Shown in pieces: positions 39,175-53,925 of a DNA stretch of 64,000 nucleotides (the stretch's first letter is position 1; the number at the start of each line of letters is the position of its first letter). Location: NCBI RefSeq assembly GCF_006345805.1, contig NC_043002.1:2356001-2420000 (forward strand). The letters run 5' to 3'. Under the pieces are notes generated by a model. The model was not told the DNA's origin. It was given only the letters and a program-made list of their open reading frames with translations, and searched no databases. Origin of the DNA: Octopus sinensis (lineage: Eukaryota). Both the position numbers and the translations under genes were made by a program.

Positions 39175-40100
39175 CAACATTAATAATGAGTCTCTCGGAT
39201 CCCAACCTTTTCTATTCATAGCGTTACAATGGATAATTTTTTTCCTCACTATAATTAATGTGCTGAACTCAAAAATTAAACAGTTTTGTATTTTTCATTT
39301 TCAAGGGGAAACTCGATTATAATTGGGAAAAGAAACATGGGACATATTTATTGTCTAAGGGGCAGAAAAACACACTATGGAATTAGGGAAACCAGTATGT
39401 AGCTGGCATTACCATATTAGGTCATAGGCAAGAGACTCCAAACGGTAAGGGAATTTGAAAGACAGTGATGCATATAAGATTACTGTACATGAAATTCTGT
39501 TAAACTGAAAGAATCTAATATCAAACAGAAATTGAAATATCTGAAAATAGAATTTTCGAAAATATTTTTTCAAATTCTCTTCACTTTGTTCTATCTTTCT
39601 AGTTTTAAAATTAATTGGATTAAGTTTGTTTTTTGTTTTGTCTTTTATGGATGTATTTTACTTATTTTCTCGTGTCGTATGTTAATTCGTTGAACTAAAT
39701 CTTAATTTATTTCTTTGAAGTTGGCATCAGCCACCCGTCTCGATGGACGCAATAAACTGATATCTCGCTCTGCTTTTGTCTCGTTACTTTTATGTTCAAT
39801 GCAAAAACGTCGTCTTATGAAGAAAATCAAGGAAGGAACTTCACAATTGGTTTTTTTTCTTACAATTTCGCATTCGTCTAATCACCTAATCACGTGAAGA
39901 CTAAGGACGGCATTCAACGGAAGCACCGGAAACACAATTATTCTATTTCGAGACACAATAATAGGATTTCGCTTCTTGAAGAAAGACACACAATGGTGGA
40001 TATCTCAGTGCGAGCAGCAGAATTCAGCCTCGTTGAAAGACACAAAACTGAATGATTATATCAACAGTTGTGATATAACTCTTAAGTTGAGATATATTCA

Positions 40101-40315
40101 ATTGGTTTCAAATTTTGGCACAAGGCCGGCAATTTTGGGGGAGAGGCGAAGTTGATAACATCGACCATAGTACTAAATAGATAATTATTTTATCGACCCA
40201 CGAAAGGATGAAAGGCAAAGATCGATCTCGGCGGAAATAAAACTCAGAATGTAAAGACGGATGAAATGCCGTAAGGTATTTTGTCCGGCTTGCTAACGAT
40301 TCTGCCACCTCGGTG
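40101..40315 (-). mobile_element. OK-like SINE
   Basis: Reverse complement matches the family from GGCAGAATCGTTAGC to GTGCCAAAATTTGAAACC. Confidence 0.85.
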
Positions 40316-42009
40316 ACTCAGTTGCGATATATTTATATTAAACCACCAAGATAATGGTAAATTGTTGAGAGTTTAATAAAGCGAGAAGCTATGGCAGCGA
40401 CCAGCTGATTCCAGTGACAAGATTTACTTCTACACTGCCTCTAATCCATGTTGGAATTTTGAGACGTTACAAATCCTTAGTTGTTGGTCTCATCCAACAA
40501 AGCAATGATTAGCAAACATTCATTCAGATATTTTACGAATCCAGAATATATCCACTGCAGGAAATATTTCCCAACGATTCACTCAGTTTCCCAGGTTTGT
40601 TGCTTCTGTTTTAATGTTTCTTGGAATGTCGTCTTACTCTTATCTCCTTTGACGATATACAGACTGGAACAACCCACCATTACTTCGACTACAATAAAAC
40701 ATGAACGAATGTCTTTCGTCCTCATATCTACGATCTATTTCCTTCTAAAACAATAGGAGGGCAGCATTTAATGTAACCTGCTTTAAGATTTTGGTGGTCG
40801 TCTGAAGGAAATCTGGATATTAGAACATGCCAGAAGTCGTCATACGTATGCTCTCTCCACAAGCTTCATCAGAATTTCTAATTTACTCCTAACGCAACTC
40901 AGCTTTTTTTTTTGGCATCCATTCGCATGCAATACAATGTAAAATTCATAGGAATGGAATTTAAAAAATTGCGTCTCTGCTGCAGCTGTATTAACTTTTT
41001 CAAAGATTTCTGGGTTAGATTTTGTGACAATACGGAAATAGTTTCTCACGTTCATTTCATAATTTCCTGATCTGCCAACCAGGGTCGGAGATAAAATTTC
41101 TATCGCATTATCTACTTCAATCTTTAGAAAAATAAAAATGTAGTTAAGGTTTCAGACTTTATGTGAAAAAAAAATTCTAATTTATTTTTTAGTGGTACTT
41201 GAAAAGAATTTCAATAAAATATATTTCGATATTTATATTTAATTTTGTTTTTCATTTTTGTTTGTTTGGTTGGTTATTTTTTTTTTCATTAGACAATATC
41301 AAAACATTTAATCGGTGTTCTCTATGAAGGTTATTCCTGAAGAAATCTCTAAAGAAACGCCTGGAATATTTGGGAATGATAAATTCACTTTCAAAATGGA
41401 AAATCTTGTACAAATGATTAATGATATCTATCTAAAGGCATTATTCTCAAAAGGAAAAATTCTGAAAAGAAAATATATTTCAAGTTTCCATGCAATAAAT
41501 ATACATTTATCAAAAATATACGCATTTCAACTAATCATTTTCACATATAATGTCCTTTTTTTTTATTTTCCATAAATCTCAAAAACAGGAAAATATTATA
41601 AACTAAATTCTGCCAAATTGGAAATAAACCTTTCGTTTTCGATATACTTATTAAAAAAAAACTATAATATTCTCAATTGCGTCATTTTTCTACAACTGTT
41701 TTCAAAATTTATAAAAGACAAACTATAAAAGCATTCATATTGAACACGATCTTATTTTATTATATTCGCTCAAATTTTGTTGCCTTTTATCTGGTTCATT
41801 GGTTATCATCTCTGAAGAAAAAATTTCGTTTAAGCTAATATATAAATGTTATATATATGTAGCGAGAGAGAGAGAGGGAGAGAGCGAGAGAGAGAGATGA
41901 GGGCGAGCAACACATCAGGCGAGAATTACATCAAATCTTCGAAAATTTAACTCACTTAGCTATTGATTCTTCATATTAAATTTTTTAATAGAAGTATAAA
42001 AATGAATCA

Positions 42010-42670
<661 letters not shown>

Positions 42671-42749
42671 TCTGTGTGGAGGGGTGTCTTTGTGCCTGTG
42701 GTTTCTCTTCCCAAACACATCGCTCGATAAATGGTGTTGGTGTTTTTTT

Positions 42750-42900
42750 TTATCCCCATTACTTAGCGGTTCAGCAAGAGAGAACAATACAATAAGTACC
42801 AGGCTTAACAAAGAAGTAGTGGGATTGATTCATTCGACAAAGAATTCCTCAAAGCAGTGCCCCAGTATGGCCGCCGTCTAATGACTGAAACATGTAAAAG
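42750..42900 (+). mobile_element. SINE 3' fragment
   Basis: AATAAGTACCAGG...GTGCCCCAGTATGGCCGCCGTCTAATGACTGAAAC; related to 10875-10950. Confidence 0.55.
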
Positions 42901-43736
42901 ATATATACATGTGAGTATGTTTGCGTGTGCATGTATATATATATATATTATATATATATATATATATATACACGCACACATCGATATTCATATTGATATT
43001 TAACAATTTTCATAATGTATTGAAAAGATGATTTAATGAAGCGATCGACAAGAATTCCATAGGAACCGAGAAGGCAGCAGCCGAAAACTTATTGATTCGT
43101 ATTTCGTCAGTTTCCACTGGAATATCGTCTCAGCGTTTAGTTAGTTCTGACGCAGGTGGACGTAGTAGGCGGCTCCTTTGTTATAGGGTATTCACTAGAA
43201 TCTTCTAGTAGATATTTCGCAATATAACGATGGAGCAAGGAGAGACGGCACCGGGATATTTATTTGTCCATAGAAAACACGTGACTGGATATTTAGAGGT
43301 ACCCCAGTGATTCAACAGAGATATTCAAGTAATTCCACAATCACACTACTTCTATATGAGATAATACTCATTACTTGTAGTAGCCATTTTCTTTCATTTA
43401 CATCTGAAGCTGTTTGGAAATCTTTAAGTGCCTCATTTTCCCATTCCTCTGTACATCTGCTTTCTTGCTGGCCGAAGTCATTTTGGTACACACACGCATA
43501 GTATAAAAGCCAACTTCGATCCCTGTTACCAGTGAGAATAACTTCTCAGTCAATGCCAACGTTTATCTTTGTTCAAAAGCTCTTCTAACTTCTGTTGCTT
43601 GAAGTGGGACAACAATAAAATATAAACGAATCTGTTCTGTTTCCTGTATTGAAATCACTACAATAGTGTCAGCAGAACTTTTACGAACATTAGCACCCTT
43701 TATTCTACTTTTTATCACATTATACTGCACTGTAGC

Positions 43737-43808
<72 letters not shown>

Positions 43809-43813
<5 letters not shown>

Positions 43814-44274
43814 ACAAATAAGAAAAAGAGAAGATGGACTTCATGAGATACTTTATTAGTCGTTTCGTCCAATCTTGCATCGGGTCCTTGCTGCTGAAAT
43901 ATTGTACAACTAGTTGTGGTGCATCCTCTGGCACAGATGCGTCTCACCAGGTGACTTGTCGAGAGGTACCTTGCTCAATAAACTCGGTTTCGCTTGGTTC
44001 GATTATAATGCATATCGATATTTGCCCGTATGCAACCAGTTACAGGTAATTAACGAAATGCATTATGATAGAACCAAGCGAAACAGGATTTTATTGAGCG
44101 AGTTACCTTTTGAAAAATCACCTGATGAAACATATCTGCACCGAAGGATGCACCACAACCAGGTTAACTGTATCTCACTCGCGAGGGACTGATACAAGAT
44201 GGGTCGAAGCGATGGTTGCAATTGGTAAGGAAACTCGTGAATTGCATTTTCTCTTTCTTTTATTTGTCATATAC
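43809..44274. repeat. About 465-bp imperfect foldback (long inverted repeat)
   Basis: For example 43912-44016 versus the reverse complement of 44054-44160 is about 80% identical by eye, mostly transitions; centre near 44036. Confidence 0.88.
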
Positions 44275-44397
44275 TTGATGGACACTGAAGAATTCCTGGG
44301 ATAGATACAGTGGCATTTATATCCATACTGTTGATGACATCAGGTAGCCGTAAACAGTGAAAGCGCTTTGATCGGCATACTACAAGGTGAATATATA

Positions 44398-44471
<74 letters not shown>

Positions 44472-46729
44472 TCTGGGTTTACGTGCCAGGGTGTTTGCAT
44501 CAAAATTGGGGTTAAAAGTTTCTGTTATAGACATAACTTACCACATAACAAAAGTTTATCAGTCGGCATTATTACACTTGAAATGTAAGAAACAGTCAGG
44601 AATCGGTTACTTTGCATATAGAGAAAGCGAACCGGAAAAAAATATGATCGCCTCATAGTCCGGAAGACTTGAAACAAGGCCCGAAATATGTTATTGTTTA
44701 TTGTTTCTGAATGATATACGATTCAAATATTTCGACAGAAAATAACGATTTTAATTGGAAGAAAGCAGTTTTCCGTTGACTTGAGTGACATCTTAATTTA
44801 CATCATTTCTTTTATCTCTGTCCAGACTCCGCTGCAGTTGATTTATTTTTCATCTCTCCAAACGCCAGCAAATATAGACCAGTTATAGTTTGCTTCACGT
44901 CAGATTTCTGTAATACTTCGTTGACAAACTTATGATTTCATACCAATTATTATTTTATTTATTTTCCTTGCTATGGTAAATACTTTTTTATTCTTAGATG
45001 GCTTCTCATCCCAAAAGCTTTTTCTTCAACTGAAAAACTGTGAAGGATATAACGCATTTATGTGATAACTCGTCGTGATTAATATCTATGCTTTATGCAG
45101 ATAAATTCTATGTACGAATTAAACATAATGGTGATAACACGACAATAGGTCCCATTTGGTGGTAAATTTATTTTATGTTGAACATTACCCTTTTTTAAAG
45201 ACGGCCCTTGTATCTCCATAATGTCACTAGCTGGTATGTTTATCTATTGATAGGATTCTAATCTACTACCATTCGGTCTCAGACAACTTCCATTCTATAA
45301 AGATTCACGACAATATAGCTCACCATTCAACAGGTTGTTATTGATATGATCGAAACTTATTGTGAACCGATATAGCTTCTACTCAATACTCGGGGTCAGC
45401 ATGCAGGACATTCCACCGATAATATAGATTTCACAGTTATTCTCCAGAAAAAAAAAACAATTGTTAAAGCAAACTTTATTTTGGTTCTTACTTATTTCAA
45501 AGCTTTGTTTCAGTAAATTCTCAGAAACTGCAAAACAAATGACGTCACAAATGCTTTTACCTAGCACCAAGAATTCTCGCCAAAGATGAACCTTCCCAAG
45601 AACTGCATCTATATTTGAAGTACTTATGAAGAAGAAACTGAAAGGCTAACAGACTTTAGAATAGAATTCAGGGAAATGGCTGGAAAATATATGAAGCGAG
45701 AAAAACATTTTACCCTGCAACAGAACGAAATAGAAAGAACAAGTATAATAACTACGTAGAAACAGAAGAAAGAAAATCAAAAAGCCATGTCCTATAAAGC
45801 TGGCTGATGGTGAGCCAATTTGTAATCACAGCATGGCCATCAGCTCGGTATGACTACCATTAGGATATGACAGATTTAAATAATCTAAAATTGCAGCCAT
45901 AATGATGCAGGTCCCTAGTCAATTGGAGAATGGCTGCTTATTTAGAAGGTCAAAGAGAAGTGTGATGAAAACAGTTTTTTGATAAACCAAACGAATAAAT
46001 TAATAATTACTAGATTACTTGACAATAAAGAAAGGAACCATTTTTATATCGTGTCTATATCTTTAATGGCAAACTGACCTTTCAAATGTATAATAATATC
46101 AATTAGAAGAGAGGCTTTCACATCAAAAACTCTTGCAAAATTAATATAAAAAGAATTCTCGCAAAATCTAGCCAAGAAGTTAAGAATGCCTGGTGTCGAG
46201 AAAAACGAATCTATTTCATAACAAACTGCAAATCAATAATAGGAAGTCAGTAAAGTGTGAAATTAAAATAGAAAAAGAGAAATTAGGCATAAACAATAAA
46301 AAGTAAACCCAACACACATAAATACACACCTAAACACATTCAGCAACACCAATAACACACGCATGCGCACACGTACTATAAACACATTCACACACACGTA
46401 CACACACAATAGCTGTACAACACACACACACATACATGTTTGGCAACAAAATGATGCTTAGCAAATTAGAAAGAACATCAAAAAGAAAGTCAGTTACAAA
46501 ATGGCAACCGGTGGAGATAGCCATTCCTATATGTAACGAAAAAGTCTTTTGACAACCGAAACAAATCAGTAATCAATGGATTGGCGAACAATAAAGAAGT
46601 GAACTATAACCAGTCCGTGGTTTTATTTTGGCAAAATGGCTCTCTTGAACTATAACAATATCTCATTCAACAGACAATTTCACATCTAAAATCTTGCAAA
46701 TACAAAACAAAATAATTATTATTATTGAC

Positions 46730-47122
46730 AAGGCGGAATGTTACATTCTACGTTCAAATTCCGCTGAGGTCGACTTTGCTTTTCATCTTTTCGAGGTCGA
46801 TCTATTAAGTACCAGTCAAGTACTGGGGTCGATGTGATCGACTACACTCCTCCCTCGAACTTTCAGGCCTTGTGCCTATATTAGAAAGGATTATCATCAT
46901 CATTGACGAGGCAGCAAGCTGGCAGAAACGTTAACACGCCGGGCAAAATACTTAGCGGCATTTCGTGTCTCTATGTTCTGAGTTCAAATTCCTCCGAGGT
47001 CGACTTTGCTTTTCATCCTTTCGGAGTCGATAAAATAAATACCAGTTATGCACTGGGGTAAATGTATTCGATTTCCCCCCCCCCCCTCAAATTGCTGGCC
47101 ATGTACCAAAATTTGAAATTAT
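46730..47122 (+). mobile_element. Two tandem OK-like SINEs (46730-46895 with 5' internal deletion; 46909-47122)
   Basis: Both contain GTTCAAATT..GAGGTCGACTTTGCTTTTCATC; separated by ATT/ATC triplets. Confidence 0.85.
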
Positions 47123-47930
47123 TATTGTTATTGTTAGTTTAGAAATAAACGTTTCTAGTGGTGTTCCTTCCAGTAATAACTTGTGGTAAACTTTTAGAAA
47201 TAACTTACCTGATAATGATCAAATGCCAAGTGGATTGAAACGTCGTCTAAATGTAAAGCTTAACTGATTTCTTCATTTGTTTCCGCTGTTTTTACAAACA
47301 TGTCTGCCAGTGTAACATCGAGATTCCCACCAAGGTCTGTGAACATCTTCTGCAAATATTGGCGCAGTTTCATCCAGATACAGTTTGCTTGGCACATTTA
47401 TTATTTCACCAGTTCTAAATATAAATATTTATCTTCAGAATATGCACCGTAGATAAGGCTCGGCAACGTAAGATACTGCAACTTTTCAACCTACCTGGTA
47501 CTTTATTATCTCGTTCAGTTGGTTAATCTTTCTGATTCTCGGTGCCTCTTATCGTTGGCCTTTCTTCACGACTTCAAATGATGCACAACCTTTTATTTTG
47601 AATAATTCTACCCGCTTAAAAATACGAATGATTTACTTTAATCATATTTACTTAAAAATCTTCTAATCTCTTTCCCTTTGTGTAAATATTCTAATTCTAT
47701 TTGATTATGATATAAATGAAAGCACAATACTATCGCTGTAGTTCGTAGAATTACTGGCTGGATTTTGCATCAGTAAGTTCTCGATGATCCTGCTTATCTC
47801 AGAAACTTCGGAAGCGCATCTTTTCATACACAACAGCCATATCAGTTCTCCTTTCATTTCTAACGTAAAACCATCAACCTGAGATTTTGTCCCTATAGAA
47901 CATGATGAGTGTGTGTGTGTGTGTGTATGT

Positions 47931-47997
<67 letters not shown>

Positions 47998-48542
47998 CGC
48001 ATGCGTGTATAACACAGTTGTTGGCGTGTGTAATCAGTTCTATAAAGTGGACTCAAATACATTCCTATTACACTTCCGCAATACATTATATTCCGAAAAC
48101 ATTCTAGAATACAGAGAGTCTGTTTAAAAAGGTTTATTCCGTTCATTTTGCTGCTGTTGTATTCATATAACCACAATGACAATACCTAATATTCATTTAT
48201 CGATCTGTTTATATCCACCTCTTTTTATAGATTGTATGATACGTTTCCATGTTAGACTCGCTTTCCTGTCGATTTCCTTCACACAGAATCTTGCGCAACT
48301 GTTGCCGTTTCATGAATGCCACTCCATAAAAAGTTTTTTCAGTTTGAAAGGTGCAGACGTTCTTTGGCTTTTGTAAATCGGGTTCTTGGAGGATAATCTT
48401 TTCTTTGAAAACAAAAAGCTCCAAAGTTTGCACTAATTGTATTAATGTGAACAGACATGGAAATGTGGAGGCGAAACAAAAATCAAGAACAAATGACACA
48501 CAGGAAAACTTGATTTATCGATACACACAACCACAAAGGAAA

Positions 48543-49338
<796 letters not shown>

Positions 49339-49528
49339 TTACTTATATATATATATATATATATATCTGTGTATATCAGTTTCCTTTGTGATTTAGAATA
49401 ACGCCTACGCAAATTTTATAAACAAAACATTCGAAAGAGATGTTTCATGAGTTGAACAGTTACTACTACCATCCACAGCGGATCACATTCGGGGCTGATC
49501 ATTCAACATACTAATCATGGTACTCCGA

Positions 49529-49617
49529 CATTCTTCTTCTTCTTCTTCTTCTTCTTCTTCTTCTTCTTCTTCTTCTTCTTCTTCTTCTTCTTCTTCTTCT
49601 TCTTCTTCTTCTTCTTC
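49529..49617. repeat. (TTC)n microsatellite
   Basis: Directly visible. Confidence 0.95.
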
Positions 49618-49867
49618 CCTACCAAGAATTCACAACGATCTCGAACCTACAAGAGTAAACAAGAGAGACAGAGACAGGCAGAAACAAGAAAAAATGCCAC
49701 TTGTATTTGAACACTATACAAATATTCTTTTAAAAAAACTTTTCTTTTAATTTTTCCAAATTCAATTGTTTTCCATACTTACAGTTGAAAAAGTCCCAAT
49801 GACTGAAACCGGCACTGAAATGATTTTTATAAAATTATTTTAGCATTTTCTATCTGGACTATTTTTC

Positions 49868-49909
<42 letters not shown>

Positions 49910-50149
49910 CATATTCTCGTGAAAATACGTATATACATACGTTCAGAAACAAACATGTGTGTGTGTGTGTGTTGAGAGAGAGAGAGAGAGACGCATCGGT
50001 TATAAAATTAATAGTGAATATATTTGACAAACTATTTATGCGAGGAACTGACGGATGATTACATTTACGTTACTTCAAAGTCCTATAACAAGCAAACCTT
50101 ACTGAATTCTTTTGTCTCCGAAAATATTTAACCAAAGCAGATCGTTTAT

Positions 50150-50330
50150 TGTTACGTTGGCAGAATCGCCAAAGCATTACAAATATGTCTGACCGTATTT
50201 CCTCCACCTCGTTACATCCTTCCGGAGTCAATGGAATAAAATAGCAGACGAGTCATCGAATCGATCTAACCGACTAATCCTTTCTAATCAAAATTTTGTG
50301 ACTTGTACCTAAATTATAAATAAATGTTGT
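50150..50330 (+). mobile_element. Degenerate OK-like SINE
   Basis: TTGGCAGAATCG...CATCCTTCCGGAGTC...TTTTGTGACTTGTACCTAAA. Confidence 0.55.
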
Positions 50331-50639
50331 TGTTGTTGTTGTCATTATTTTCTGATTGATTTGCATTTTATCTCCTCTTCCGACCGAGTCTCAACTAGAG
50401 ACTTAAATATTAGATGGAGAGAAACTGCCGGAGAATGTAGGCGGTTGATGTCAACACGATTTTTTAAGTCTCGTAGATTGTTGATTTCCCAGAGATTGAG
50501 TGCAGTTTCTTACACTGTTCATGTTGTCTCACCGGCAGTTGTAACATCCAGACCGTGTTATTTTGGATGTACATTTGGATACCTATGGTATCTTCCCGAC
50601 ACCTAGAGCATAGAAACTCAGTATACATTGGTAGGCCAT

Positions 50640-52993
50640 TAGAATAAAGACAACCACATTTTCCATTTACAAAGTCACCTGATAAATGTCGCCATTCATT
50701 TCTCTGTCCTCGCTACACATGTTATCTGCTGGCGATGTATTATTACTTTTTTCTATTTTCCTTTTCAACCTTTCAATTTCCATGTCTGTTAACAACCCTT
50801 TTTTTTTTTTTCCTTATTTCCTTTGCTTGGTCGGCTAACCGCTGCTCACTTATCTCGAAGAGTTCTATTTCTTTCTATTTTGCTTCCAGGTGTTGTCGTA
50901 ATCCCCTTCAAGTCGGCTCTCTTCTGGTCCATCATTTAATTACCGTTCCGTTTGACTCCTCATCCCACCTTCTCCTCCTCTGCCTCTGACTTTGTGTATA
51001 AGCAGTCTCTGGATGATGACCAGGCCTGCTCGACTGCGGGACACCTGGCGGGCGAAAGGCTTTCACCTTTGGTTCCAGTCTCATTGACACCCTTATTTGA
51101 TACATTTGTATTAGACCAGGGGTCACCAAACTACAGTCCGCGAGCTCAGTTCATCCGGCCCGCCGCTGCATTTGGCGTTCTGTGTAAGTACCTGCATTGA
51201 GAGCTCATTCATGTAGCGGCCGTGATTTAACTTGTATTGCCGTATTTAACGAGAATGTTTGCTGAAAATAAATTCTATCACTTGTACACGTTACAAAATA
51301 GTGCAAAAGATGGCAGAGCAAGGAAAATCGTTTACTGACGGAAACTTCATCAAAGATTGTATGATAGAAGTAGCAAATCGGCTTTCCCAGGACTTGTGTC
51401 CTGGGAAAGCCGATTTGTTTGGGAGCATCTGCCATCCAGCAAGTTCAGTTGTGCAGAGAACAGAATATAGTGCTTCAAATACGCGAGAAAGTTAGGAACT
51501 TCTTGTGGCGTTGGATGAGTCTACTGATCTCTCAACTACGTCACAACTTCGTGGTATTAACTTGAACTTTCAGATCACAGAAGAGTTGGTATCCGTTTGC
51601 ATCATACACGGAACAACTGAAGAAATGCAGAAAACTTTGCAAGCCTATAACTTCAAGGAAAACAGTTTCGATGTTGATGGAGTAAAGAACATGGCTGGAC
51701 TGAGGAATAGTCTGATGGGGCAGATCAGGATCTTCAACTCCTGGGCGCTCTGTTCACACACTTCATTATACATCAGCAAGTGCTCTGTGGGAAAAACTTA
51801 GATATTTCTTGCGTACTGAAACTAGTCGTTTCTGCGGCGAACTTCATTCGGAGTCAGGCACTTAATCACAGCCAGTTCCAGGCTTTTCTTGAAGAAATGG
51901 ATTCTGAATTCTGTGACTTGCTTATCACACAGCAGTGAGGTGGCCTAGCTGTAGTAAAGTCTTGTTTCGTTTTTATAAGCTCCGAAGAGAAATAGATATT
52001 TTTCTCTGCGAAAATGAATAGAGCTGATCTACTTCTGTCAGGTCCTACCTGGCTGGCAAAGTTGTCATTTTTGGTTGACATCACATTCCACATGAATGAA
52101 TTGAACTGGAAACTTCAGGGACATGATAACCTCATCTGTGATCTCCACAGAATCATCAAAGGATTTCGGAGAAATCTGTCATTGTTTTAAGCACAACTGG
52201 AAGGAGGAAGCTTTTCTCATCTTCAGTGCTTCAAAGAGTTTCGCGCTGGAATCGCAATAGATGTCAACCTCGAGTTTCCGAAAAAAATTTGGAGAGATTT
52301 TCAGATTTCGACAGAATTGAGTCTGGTGTTCTTCTCTTCCAGAATCCGTTTGATTGTAAGTTTGATGACTTTCCAGTCGAACTGCAGTCGGTGTTAATTG
52401 ATTTGCAAGAAAATGACTTATTGAAAAAGAAGCACAGAGAAGGACAGCTTGTTGAATTCTATCGCAGCTTCCCAGATGATGAGTTTTCAAAGATGAAGAA
52501 ATTTGTCTCTGGTATGGCATCAGTGTTTGGAACAATTCATGTCTGAGAACAAACATTTTGTAAAATGATAAATGTAAAGCTAGCATATCGAACGAGGTTG
52601 ACTGATGAACATTTGAAAGCAATTCTCTTGGTTGAATGCAGCAATTCCAAAGCAAATATTGATGATATCTTCAAACGCTAAACACCAGTTTCACAAATCT
52701 CACAAACCTTTTTTGCTGTTTATTTTGTGAGATTCGGATATATGCACACTGGGTGTCAAATAACTATTTTATTGCTAATGTCACCTTCTTTGATAACTTT
52801 TGGTAAATAAATATATTGGCTGTCTTTATTTTGTTTTTGTGTGTATTCACTGTATTGTATTGAACAAAATGGTTGTACGACCCGCACTCGTCCTTCTCTC
52901 AGTTATCTGGCTCGCTGTGAAAAATGTTTGGTGACCCCTGTATTAAACATTATCACTGAACATTGAGGATTTTTATCGAGACACCATCTCTAG
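50640..52993 (-). mobile_element. 5' part of a Dong family C-like element, split by the hAT insertion
   Basis: Minus strand gives NKGVNETGTKGESLSPARCPAVEQ versus family C NNGVNEDGTIGDVFLPGRCPVDEQ; EISEQRLADQAKEIR versus GITEDRLCGQVRGIK; shared 5' motif TAGAGATGGTG..TCGATAAAAAT (52993 minus; 37215 plus). Confidence 0.75.
51117..52940 (+). mobile_element. hAT DNA transposon (Charlie/SPIN/GTF2IRD2-like transposase, decayed)
   Basis: Perfect 15-bp TIRs CAGGGGTCACCAAAC (51117-51131) and GTTTGGTGACCCCTG (52926-52940); 8-bp TSD TATTAGAC/TATTAAAC (7/8); ALDESTD, DGVKNMAG, H.AVRW.S, LFQNPF, S.FGT..V.E motifs. Confidence 0.92.
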
Positions 52994-53604
52994 TAAGATT
53001 GTCAACCAAGGCTGCAGAGCTCTTACTACCCATAAGTTGGCACTGTCCCCATTCGTATTTCTGAGTGTTGGAGACCAAGATCATAATTCTCACTAGGAGA
53101 GAGGTGAACTTCAGTTAGTCCCATATCTTCATCAAAACACCGCTCTGGAGTTAGGTCCCAATTCTTGATTCATTCGCTTTCATGCCAGGTTGTCACCAAC
53201 GTGGCCAAGGGGTCCTATCTACCCCAGTTTTTAAATCAGAGTTTTCCTTCTCCAAGACAGACTGCCGACCAAGGCTAACGAGTTCCGTCTACCCGTTTGT
53301 GGAATGACCATTGACTCTCCTCAGTTTCTCTGCCCTTCGCTTGGTTTTATTTTTTATCCCTCAAGGTGTCCAAAATCCACCCTCCTCACCAAGCAAACTT
53401 AGTGGGGATGCCGGTTTGGTACCCGACGGCTCGGCCGTGTGACAGTTGTACTACGCCAGATGTTAATCGTTAATCTCAATTCTCTGGTCTCCATATTTAT
53501 CAACCTTTTCTCTTTCTTTCATGATGATATGTTGATCTCCTGACACTGCTATGTCGATTATTAGGCACTCTTGTTTGTCCCTCCTAAAGGTTGCAATATT
53601 TGGC

Positions 53605-53850
53605 CTTCGGTGCTCTTATTATTATTATTCCTTCGTAACACAGTTTAGGTAAAACCGGACCGGTATCTTTAGTTATCTGTCAAGTCACAACAAGGACCTC
53701 AGACAGATAATACCTTCCTTAAGATGGGCGCTGTGCCCAATAAGTCTGCTTTTTGCAAGACATCAATCTGGCATGGGATTTCCAGTTGCCTTCAGAAGTC
53801 TTGAAGTTTCAAATGGATTGAGACCAACGCTCTGATCACTACAGGTATCA
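53605..53850 (-). mobile_element. 3' fragment of a Dong family D-like element
   Basis: Reverse complement resembles 15440-15640 (DVLQKADLLGTA; GTCTGAGGTCCTTGTTGTGACTTGACA). Confidence 0.7.
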
Positions 53851-53851
53851 C

Positions 53852-53922
<71 letters not shown>

Positions 53923-53925
<3 letters not shown>

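Noticed and set aside
40480-41060. Possible pogo/Tigger transposase remnant (minus)
   Set aside because: Only vague motif resemblance and no TIRs found
47296-47414. Possible minus-strand host exon (TGEIINVPSKLYLDETAPIFAEDVHRPWWESRCY) between AG and GT
   Set aside because: No recognisable homology and no partner exons; such signals arise by chance. RNA-seq or TBLASTN would be needed
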